The position numbers were made by a program, and so were the translations under genes. A stretch of DNA of 64,000 bases. Origin: Mizuhopecten yessoensis. Taxonomy: Eukaryota. The DNA lies in the NCBI RefSeq assembly GCF_002113885.1, contig NW_018480008.1:1-64000 (forward strand). Reading direction: 5' to 3'. Numbering within the stretch: position 1 is the stretch's first letter; each line of letters begins with the position of its first letter. A model generated the notes under the pieces. That model had not been told where the DNA came from and did not search any database. It worked only from the letters and a program-made list of their open reading frames with translations. This document shows positions 54,501 to 61,200 of the stretch, in pieces.

Positions 54501-54601
54501 CAACGGAGGCGGAAGGAAAAGGCCCAAAATCGATAGTCAAGGAAAAACAAAACAGTTTCAAACAGAAAGCGGCTTTCGTTAACCGGGTTGTTTGGCGATA
54601 A
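36589..54601 (+). CDS. Giant tetraspanin, paralog B (predicted 4,328 aa; tetraspanin core plus ~4,100-aa acidic repetitive tail)
   Basis: Nine GT-AG exons: 36589-36645, 37143-37226, 39156-39204, 39500-39552, 40122-40196, 40631-40699, 40961-41086, 41355-41441, 42215-54601. Exons 1-8 have the same sizes as in paralog A (57/84/49/53/75/69/126/87 nt). LECCG, PSSC and VDCL motifs are present. Exon 9 begins CLSGLASCIFLQRVQKKLKV, in frame with the 4,111-codon ORF. Confidence 0.9.
38413..38673. mobile_element. MITE with imperfect ~33-bp terminal inverted repeats, in intron 2 of paralog B
   Basis: Left end ccagggcccaggtgttcaaacggtgattagctt. Right end reverse-complemented: cctgggtcacattgttcaaaaggtgattatctt. 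The interior is non-coding and AT-rich. Confidence 0.7.
39632..39698. repeat. 21-bp tandem repeat x3
   Basis: atttccttggtgatatcattt repeated. Confidence 0.7.
40445..40607. repeat. 18-bp minisatellite just upstream of the exon 6 acceptor of paralog B
   Basis: ggtaggttaacgtcacac-type units, ~9 copies. Confidence 0.85.
41545..41830 (+). mobile_element. Possible non-autonomous element fragment with a (ccgt)n seed
   Basis: tgtccgtc..ggccgtccgtccaca followed by a HINE/pearl-like body. Ends not resolved. Confidence 0.35.
42215..54601 (+). CDS. 12,387-nt giant terminal exon of tetraspanin B
   Basis: Acceptor tttctcttcattaatatacag at 42214. No stop for 4,128 codons. D/E/T/S-rich with internal repeats. 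AATAAA at 55517-55522. Confidence 0.9.
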   Translation, partial: CLSGLASCIFLQRVQKKLKVEPVNDDDGTNADIEMAVMEAGSSDDRVSDEENQENDNRINSTGLILVTPASEQDIKDNTTIDYLSEKNVDSLSTNSQSEVKDETEDVIHSQATIDDPSLILVASVSNKEPAIHETNDSIADNEVEIVALTQTAPGDGQDNRADENNDDLSSNQNTPEPSVIVVASITKGETSVTRKTTDSSDQDKVDSSVHGERDEDGDLKVDNKDSDNISQHSEPDRSLIVVVSVTKGETSTDKEANKIVDNDQRDIETLTRTPPLDDTKDAKDEKVEDKSTCDQTIVIIASERDDENSVRSENKAIDESIDEKSNEDKNDTMSIHSLPDPTLLLVASVSRKETTVTDTKDDANGIEVDTVAMVQMTPKDTNKVDRQDNISNPEPSDQNVLLVASLTKRETAQKNGFEDTVGTMSEEQPELKVKEIIKESNDDLSSNPIEPDASFITVTSLSHAENSDVKEVTDSADKVEVGSVAQTQMNTVAVNDDGNTDITQDINSEHIVPEKSLVLFTSEQEIEISGKKETTDSLKDYAVDTAVLEEMNGNREKENNDEKDDVTISIHSTSEPSLLFVASLSKDSSEIVDDKEMETTASTHMVSEDVTSNIKDENDDNLSSNERTSDLSVIAVATVTNGETCGIKKVTDSSVLDQVGSVPEEIEEHGDLKDDHKDGDSISRQSEPDLSLVMAVPVTKGDTVEEGKIIVDNYQGDIATPTWTTPGDETKDEKNDDTISNKSTSDQDMESIVPISTTTKTNYSEENDVNTITSASKAIDASMEEINDENKDDTISIHSLPDPTVLLVASVSKTAVVDTKDTIDNIEMNNIQMASSDMKEINTEEKQADVSSPEPPDPSLILVPSVTKEETLPENETVTVSEEQTGLQEMTKESKDERDEETNSNQIKPDVPLLMAASVSHAEKSNVKEATDSVDNYEVDSVAQIQMNAVDISEDDNTDMIKDINSDHIVTDPSLKMLISEKEGEMSTEKEISDSFKEEVVDTVALKQIEHNTTTENNGEKDDDATISIQSTSEPSLFLVASLSNEESFSYPANRDAKDDNEGEIVALKRIYPNNVMDNENDVTGDDTSSNHSTSDPSVEAETCEITKATDSSKHEKVESFIPEEIEENGDLKDDNKEGDNISHQSTPDQSLVMVVSVTKESSTDKEVNTIVDNDQGDIETPTSTTPDDVKKDEKDDDTVSNQSTCCEEMVLITPTSTKQTPSENKIMDYTSQDDVNTVTSEDKDMAVLVEERNCENKEDTISIHSLPDPTLLLVTTESRTETSVMENKDAVDDIEDDTVALEQMTPLDVKDISKENSLDNISSHNPFDPSLMFVATVTQEETLPEKEIFFKDAPVREDVEGMDIKEMIKYNKDEHENDTSSTPLEPDVSSIRVAAVSYAERTDVNELTDAVDKFEVSSEAQTQMKTADVKDDKKPDITEDIRSEHMMPNPHLIMPKSEQEGEKSGEMETTDLLKDEEVDRAALEEMEHNQAMENNDKKDYDVTISVQSTFEPSSLLGATFSNAETFIEEGITDVVGDDEGETGALNQTVPVDGKDENKNKIIGEPISLTPEMPLIVAASLSNEETSPIKETSDRGAQDNGAILKVSREESKDKKDIGSISLHVSHDKSDSLVPYKVDTASFEQMVPPDVTSAMVGITNSKEKDANVAVERTAINDVPTNDSNSMNITFDPSLTLSATANTAELSAQANMDAFALDQPDDVKEDTTNQTEDNTVSKQGTSDSCLQLVASMSSLDETSDQNGMNTITLDQTAIDVPTDISIHSPPDKASTLEARVSFSKKNAIKESEDFSGIEDMSTESSDVADGAKFKIADATTSNDNTLTPSLTVVHPVPTEDAYNVEEKSENGDVVDMDILPMDQIEACGTDETVDGLFSIQSTHDSPSTDADGTNSDHVGHARYLSVVEDVGIEALEQDKHKNVKDNYKDEFEDDSTPNHGARDPSLEPVAMVSANEMHATNEDVDASQTEITETIPNTSEEEDIDAMPKDQTEDCDESDSRKEQIDEDTNSNLDIHVMPMEIIPLVLTNVSQKVVTDAIPLEHTEPSNLKFNNIIETTNDSISKQITLDLTSDLVAPLPMPELTSIKESDNSETENTDALPMHEKEPCYLENDSKDVKDDDNIINQTLKQTELLSNGEKSIVTENKNTTVNEVSDTIKLEQTKSDDVTRDSKEEITDDTEDTLGSSLELGALVSTNETYAVNADESKIEVIDAVPINQTIHGDMDNETTTNPTSEMIASVLIQEKSFIEETESSEKGIIGACQMDQTEACEVENNNKNEAEDTNSTIQSTQDSSLKQAPLVSPDEKFTVAECTNSTANENPDTPEFEKTDTDVVMDVSEERVSKDTLSNHGMNDPSLELDAMVSTEASKQFSGATPTEQTAPGGLKNNDYIETTNDPIFNQITLDSTLNLVVPVSMPEITSIKETDNSDTEGTKTLPMDEKEPCNLNNDIKDETDYDTFTIQTLKHSDLISTGENTTEKKVLDTTILEQMKADDVTSKKEEMANDTPSNEDTRDPTLELGEIVLANENSVLNEVTGVSRMELVDAVTIEQTLPGDPKFEMDNEITPIPTSGLIATVSIPAITSIEVTDSSEKDVIVACQMDETEACVVENDNGNEQEDTFTSQNLSLKQAVQVSTDEKTTIFSSELVAPVLTPHMVSIKETDSSEKEGMETLPMDQTDDTFTTQTLKLTDEKYIITKDTATTELEQREASDVTNDNKEESTDGTLCKEGKPYPSIKPVALVSTNDMISIDEVADTSVGEIVDTIPILDDLVSTQDTFAVVEQSDTTGDEVPDTTALEKGEGGNVTDSKEVIADSSISDHGTHDPCLGMSALLSTDKSEKEVAGAILTEHTASVDLQHNTDNKTTNDTVPDQIPLDLNSELVLTVPSSESSEMPTIKETESMETLPTDEMVSCHFENNNKDVTSDDILTTQSIQDPSFKRTNETSVMEENENITKIEISDTQALGQTETRHVTTDNEEIAEATISNERLHDPSLEIVALVSTDQTYATDAIADKSEKEVVEQTVPALLTLDIGNETAPDPDSKLIASVSIQVMSTVEEPDLSAKESIGELQIDQTVACGVENDDKGKNEDITFTQITRDSSLKQAALVSTDEKFTIAEQTDVTENEDPDTTEPEQMEADIVTGENKKEMTEDTISSHGLHDPSLELDVLVSTKEIDEIADASKEEAFSAIPIEQTVTSDLTIDIQTQDSSSKLAASVSANTSKLVEQSDITNNDHLVKTALEKKTDNEDATDGNKEEIARYSFANEDFDQTVPDDLTLDIGNETAPDSHSELIASVSTQDISSVGETDSSEKESFDALQIDQMEVCEVESKRASDTITIQNTKDSSSKQAALVSTNKTSSIVENSDTSYNEDLETAALGKTDATDDNKEEIAKITMSDHNRHDPSLESNVMASNDETSSINEDPDTAKKVEADTLPIYKTAPSDLESSLEMSTIKESNTSEKEAKDTLPMDQVDSCYVRNDKKEETANDCINIQNTADSSLKADALESADEIYTDITNEASNTAALEQNEAGDLTDGGTEKLADETVQNDGKPEPSGEPNAVVSNNERLAINVDIDASENGHVDITTSAEHDMNVFPMDQMEAGATKHVSKDDLAEETISAHDTHNSSPKPADLESNDGESTNEGTIDSSEKEDVDSEVLDDKEDSDVMNYSKEEAAEDVSLSLTTDQTPEEGTNSEAMEMNNAGPILPLVQDTDEKLKPKGDEIISELLNTMEQPIKSPTNTMTSMEGKHTEGVIGKAETRSVKDEFALEQPNNQESVDLLYRQECLEAGRSPLPESSSSQIEEMSFRNTDEKKNGRKEVQDKHDKGTVDEGKKIESKEEQFMHLEGEENKSTIDEPVDKSHDQIQDEVKQIEKCDDTYKPVKLEDKNECQAIRDSDQTNAEEDRTTNNVSKPTDKQISKPSVDQNEDEIQKDSEKTSLDIHPKNITSNQIASDSEEANGAELLDDHIKDKTPKNGDIDGTISSSSLKIDLNEAGCQRNESEKDNNSDNEEYKDALDYVPEVEEFTLAPEEKRVSDKPKVNPKSKGQQRIDISHGKGKSSFKKGAKKEVKETATKGSKKSTTEAEGKGPKSIVKEKQNSFKQKAAFVNRVVWR

Positions 54602-55699
54602 CACTGGTAAGATAATAATATTGACTATCATTCTTACCAGATGAAGGTTTTCTATGAAAATGGATATATTGACAGACTGCTGCAATACAAATCTGTGAGC
54701 ATTTCTGATGTGTCAGGAACTAAACAAACTCAATGAGACAAAAAGAAGTGAAAAGAAATTATGTCATATACTGAAGTTTTTAAAGTTGATGAAACAGTAT
54801 CGCTACAAAGTAAATTAAACCATTTTGATATCGTGGGGATGTTAGCAAATTTTGTATGAGTGCTTAACATCATGTGTTTATTTTTCACCTGTGTTGATAA
54901 TTACGTTTGTGTTCAATCCAAGGATAAAACGAAATATACGACCGCGAAGGGAAAATCGGAAAATGACCTCCGGGCTGTAACGACTCAAATTGTTATCAAC
55001 TAGAGACGTTATCAATAGGATCATCGTCTTTATCATGCAATGTGAGTTTATGAACTATAGTGAAGAGAATGGCATCATATTACTGTTTATCCCCAACAAG
55101 GGAAACCAAAGAATTAACTGTGTTATTATTTAGGTTAGATTATCTATTAACGTAACATCCCATTATTATCTTTAAGCATTAGCCATTAAAAAACATTGAT
55201 ACCTTTGATAACAAGTGATTTATATAGAAGATTAGAAATAGGATACGAGTATATCAAGTCTATTTCACATCATCCGTAGGTGTTTTCTTTAGTTGTTTAT
55301 ACTTACAATGTAATTTCGTTTCGTGCCTCCCGGATTGTATTGATGTACAAAACTGATATTTAGTATGTTTTTTTTCCCGATAAACAGCTATGTATTAAAG
55401 GATTTATTGTACGTGTTTGTATAATATGCAGTTATCATACTACTATTGTTTATATATAATTAGTTTTATTGCTAGCCCTGTCATCTTATTGTTTACACGA
55501 CGTCGGTTTTATAACCAATAAATGAAGCGGTTCGCGTGTATCATATTAAATAACCAAATAGGAGCACAATCTGGAAATAATTTATTATCTTGATCTAGAC
55601 AATATTTCTTAAACGACTATTGAAATGTTATTTTAGTATTACCTGTTCTCTTTTGTTATGTTACCTCAGTGTGGTTGTTTTGTTGCCACAGTAAATTTT

Positions 55700-56290
55700 A
55701 CCCGTGTGTCTGCTTTATAAGACCAGTAGTTTTAACCCGTCTGTTTGTTATATAAGCTCAGAAGAGCTCAGTAGTTTTAACCCGTATATTTTCTATATAA
55801 GCTCAGTACACTATACAAGCTTGTTTGTTATATAAATTCAGTACATTATATAAGCCTGTTTGTTATATATAAATTCAGTACATTATATAAGCCTGTTTGT
55901 TATGTAAGCTCAGTAGACTTAACCCGTCTGTTTGTTATGTAAGCTCAGTAGACTTAACCCGTCTGTTTGTTATATACATTCAGTAGACTTCACCCGTCTG
56001 TTTGTTATGTAAGCTCAGTAGACTTAACACGTCTGTTTACTATGTAAGCTCAGTACACTATACAAGCCTGTTTGTAATGTAAGCTCAGTAGACTTAACTC
56101 GTCTGTTTGTTATGTAAATTCAGTAGACTTAACCCGTCTGTTTGTTATGTAAGCTCAGTAGACTTAACCCGTCTGTTTGTTATGTAAGCTCAGTAGACTT
56201 AACCCGTCTGTTTGTTATACAAATTCAGTAGACTTCACCCGTCTGTTTGTTATGTAAGCTCAGTACTCTTAACCCGTTCGTTCGCTATGC
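55700..56290. repeat. 35-bp tandem repeat downstream of paralog B
   Basis: tcagtagacttaacccgtctgtttgttatgtaagc, ~16 copies. Confidence 0.93.
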
Positions 56291-57914
56291 AACTCGTATC
56301 ATATATTCGCTATGGTAGCTCAATGGGTAGATTTAACTTAATTAATGAAGCTGTCAATACATAGTGAGATCCGTTATTTTGTATAACTAGAGATTGTTAT
56401 TATTAACTTTATCACTGACATGTCTGATTTAAGTCTTATTGTTGAATTACCGAATATTTATGTTTTGGTGTCAGTTTTAATGATTAAACGGGAATCACTT
56501 TCTTGCAGCTTTTGAATAAAAGATGTGTCATCATAAGTTCATAATGCTTCTGTTTTTTCATTAATCATATGAGTACATTTATTCGTTTAGGGTAGACAAT
56601 GAATGATTTTTTGTTTTTTGTTTTTGTTCTCTATTTTTTACATTCATAATGTACAACGTATATTTTGCATATTGTACTAGTATATTTATATATCGCGTTA
56701 AGGATGCAGCACAAAATAAACTACACATAGGATATATTCTGGTATGTATTTTGCCGATAAATAACACAATGCATGACTTGTCGGAAATCTGCATTTATTT
56801 ATTCAAATGCCAGTAACTAAATTATGCCAAGTTATGACAAATAGATACATCTATTTGGTATTTTAAGTTATATGAGGTATAAAGCAACAAAAGATGGGGA
56901 TCACAAAAGATGGAGAATCTTTAATGTATAAACGCCACGCCAAACAAAATGTGGGGACATGCTGCAAAAAGGCAATAAATGTAATACATAATAAGTATCA
57001 AACAAAGGTCCATCAGTCTTCTCGAAAGGAAAATATACATTTACCTCACTGAAAAATACAATCGTTCATCTAAACCAGACTCGGAATACAACGGCTAAAA
57101 TTATCATTTTCTTTTACCCGGATAGATCATCGGCTATGAAATAAAAATACAACAAACTAATTTATGGAACTAAAATGAATTGTGCGTTTACTTAACCGAC
57201 TGTATAAATTACTTTATGTATCACATCAATACAATTATAAAGTATCATTTTAATGTTCACACTTTAACTCACTCATAGTTACAACCATAAACCTATGTTT
57301 ACTTAAAGTACCACTAGAACAGTTTGACATTGCATTACAGGAATGTAAATACTGAATTATTATCGGTTGAAATATGTCAAAAATGACCATTATCAGATCG
57401 AAAGATGAAACACCCTGACATAGCTGGTTAACGAGAGGAGAAACAAAACTAATCTAAATTTAACTTATTTATTGCATTCTCATTTCATGGATACCATTTT
57501 CCTGAACACTATTTTGCAGTAGACTTGTCCATCGTTTACGAAGATGAATTACTAGGGTGCTTACACAGTGGATTATGGTGTATCAAAGAAATACTTCTTA
57601 ATATAAAGTATATTGCAAATAATCTCATGAGGATTGCTTCCCCTTGACCACATAACATCACATAACTTTAATAGGCCTATTCTTCAGACCTGTACACATA
57701 TTGATATGTCTTATAAAACAATAAATGCGCTTGGTATCCTCCTAGCCATTGACCTTAGCAAACTTTTCATCCCAAGTTAGGAGCTGATATGTTAAATCTT
57801 AAGCTTATTCTTATGAATTTGTCCCATATGAAACAATGCTATGCTTGTTGTTTTAAATGCAATATTTGTGCATGTAACATGAGATTACTGGTGCGAAACG
57901 TAATTCTATTATAC

Positions 57915-58040
57915 CCCTTTATATATAAGTCTAGACTTGTGGAATGTGACGTCACTGGCTGTTCTACAGGTACATAAACTCATTTCAGTCCCGGATATAC
58001 ACACAGACGCACGTAACCACACATATATCCAGTACAAAAG
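57915..58040 (+). promoter_or_regulatory. Putative core promoter and non-coding first exon of the HSPA12-like gene
   Basis: TATATAAG at ~57922-57929, palindromic TGACGTCA (CRE) at 57947-57954, strong donor aag|gtgagt at 58040/58041. Confidence 0.5.
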
Positions 58041-58287
58041 GTGAGTGGCGCTTTGTTAAAAGCAAATTGTACACGTTTTAACACGTTATATTTAGAAGCA
58101 AGTTATCAGTATACAGACGTGCAGAGTAGTAAATACTTACTGATGGTAGTGTGTATATGTAGTTTGATTTTGCATCTCATTTGTGCTTATCATCATTATT
58201 ACTTTTGTGTTTTAACTGCTACGCCTATATTTGTAGTCATTCTAATTTATTACTTCCTTTTTGTAGGGACGTCTTTCACCTCTGGAC

Positions 58288-61200
58288 ATGGCGAAAGGTA
58301 AACCCCGTCTAAATATCTCGAGTCTTTCTATGATTTTGACCTTGTTGATACCATATTGAAATTATAATATCTTGTAGTGAGACTCTATGGAATATATGTA
58401 AAATTGTCAATTTATTTTGGAATGTAAATACTGTATGACCATAGAGCTAAATGCCATGTCCTAGTTTATTAAGCGACCTAGAATGGAAGCCAGCTTGTTA
58501 ATTGTCAACCTTAATCAACCTTGGCGGTCAAATGCAAGTCTTTGCAACACCTTTCGGCCAGTGTTAATTGTCATTTGCTCCACCATATCATTCATATCAA
58601 CTTGATATTAAAGAAACCATCAACAAGTCTCAAAATATGACCGAACATACTGAACCATTACGAAATGGATAGATGGCTATTGTGATATGTATTAATTGTA
58701 CTATCAATAGTTAGGCTTAGATATTTTCTTGTGAAAGCTTAAACGAAATAGCCCGCCAGTTTTGTTAAAATTCTTGCTTTTCATTCCTTCGATCATTTCG
58801 CAATCCAATGCAATTGGTATGGGTTACACACCACTAATATTGATATTCAATTCAAGTCGTTATCTTTTCATATGTTTATGGTCATTTTGTTTTCTCCAAA
58901 GACCCTGTCCTGATGAGATATATAATGCCCCCAGTCTTTGTCAAAATTTTGAGTTCGAAGCAGACTTGAGCTTTTGTGAGATCAAATGATTTGAGTAGTG
59001 CAAGATTGAAGATGTTTTATAAAATGAACAAACTTAAAAATTTATGAATTATTGTGAAAATCAGTAAAACATTGATTTGAAATAGACATTTTCTAGCTAA
59101 AGTTAGATGTATGTTATCACCCTACATCTAGCAAGATTAACTGTGTAGTACATTTCGTCTGCTAGTCATAACGGTGGAGTAGTAACAGGGTGTAGCTTGA
59201 GTGGTGTATATTATCTCGTTTGCCATACTGACAGAAATACTATGATACATATTTGTTCTTCTTTTTTAACAGAATAACAGTTATTTATATGAACAAATAT
59301 TATTTAATATATGACTCTTCTATCTATTTAAATTATGGTAAAAATAACAAAATAACTTAGGTGTAAAAACACGTATATACTGATTCTAGATTTATAAACA
59401 ACTGATTACTATATAGCGAAATCACATGCAAAACATAGTGTGTATTGATTGTTTGTTTGTCCTTTTAAGTTATAAACCAAAAGCAATGTTGCTACTGTCT
59501 ATATTATGTTTACACTGAAATATCTTGTTCAGCTACATAACGCGTTTGTGACATGACATATCCAAACGCCCTGCTCCCGAATTACTGTCCGTTTATAGTT
59601 TCAGAATGACATACAAATACATTCGTCTTAGTCACATTAAACTGTACATATTTCATTTAATAATAGAATTATATAATATTCCGTTTAACCATAGCACCAT
59701 GGATGTTGACGAATGCGTTTATGTTACAGATATATATTTCTCAGTGGTTATCAGTATAGGAGAGACATACTGTAGATCAGCAGCTTGCAGTAAATTCGGT
59801 TCGGATAACGATCCGTTCACGATATCGGCAATGGTATGGTCTAGCGCCATTCGCAATGCGTACGACCTAAAAAATTCGACCACCCTCCTTCTACATCCGG
59901 ACAAGAGCTTCCACTCCTTTGGTTATGAGGCCGAGAAAAATTATGCCAACATGACAGAGGATGAAGAGAAGGATCAAACCAGTTACTATTACTTCCGGAG
60001 CTTGCACAACCTTAAGGTAAACCGGTTTTTATCAAACACTTCAATCGATTGGTTCATGCATTCATTCATTCTTGTTTACTGTTACGATTTTACATCATAA
60101 GTAAAGGTAATGAGATGTTATTAGGCAATCGTTATTTCATGATGAAGATGCGCTCATCATTTTATGGCAAGACGAAATGTATTACACAACCAGGCTGTAG
60201 AATCGAAACCTCGTCGTACCGATGCTTTTTAACCTCTGCTTAACCTTTTTATTCCACCATTTTGCTTCCATTTGTTCTTAAGTAACATTTCCGTTCTCCG
60301 TTGATCTATCTTCTGTTGATAATATCATCATAATGTGTTGATATACATGTGCATGTTCTTGCAGAAAATAAACAAAGGCGCAAAAATTAAAGACGAGACG
60401 GGTAAGATGTTACCTGTATTCGATGTATTCGTCCATTCCATACGATTCATGAAAGAAGAAACTTTTCGAGTGGTTCCACATACATTCATCCGCGAATATA
60501 CCATGTTCATGGTAACCTTCCCCGCGAGATGGGGAAACAATGCCAAACCGTGTATACGAGAGGCCGCAGAAAAGGTAGGATAGATAAAGTAATGATTTAT
60601 TCACAGCCCAAATGAAAAGTTGAATGCAAATATATTAGCAACGAAGTAATAACGTGAATGCAGACGAAGAAATTTATGAAATTTTCGAGGTAATCTACCC
60701 ATTTATCTTAAATATGAGAAAGTAGTGTACATAATACAACATATAGCTATTTGACTGATTTGTGTATATTTTGTGATGTCATGCCATTTTCCAGGCTGGA
60801 ATACCTAGAGATAACCTTATTGTAGTCCTAGATCCTGAGGTGGCTGCATTAACCTGCTATTTACCGGAAAGTAACCAGATCGACTCATTTTACAAGCCCA
60901 TCATGTCAGGAGCTTCTTACATTGTCGTGGATTTGGGAGGTAAATATTTGAAAATTAGTGAAATGATATGGTGGGAATCACTACGAATGATCGTGGTGTA
61001 CTAATATTTGTCTTTGATTTTTTGGTTACTATTCTATTTCAGTAGGGAGTATCTATAATTTGTAAAACGTCATGAATATATATTCCCCCAAACTAAATGG
61101 CGGCGCAAAATTTGAATTGGCTCTTTATCGGTTCATTCACAATGTCACACCTTCCCCTTCGTATCGAACGCTCCACGTACAATGACGTCATTGTAACTGA

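Noticed and set aside
42266-54601. The 4,111-aa ORF as a stand-alone gene, or as a secreted acidic shell-matrix/adhesin protein
   Set aside because: Its listed start is a TTG 51 nt downstream of a splice acceptor. The upstream in-frame codons complete tetraspanin TM4, as in paralog A. There is no signal peptide, and topology places it in the cytosol.
42768-54685. Numerous antisense and alternate-frame ORFs within the giant exon
   Set aside because: These are shadow ORFs (S/V/F/L-rich) expected opposite a D/E/T/K-rich coding strand. They recur with the repeat period and have no independent features.
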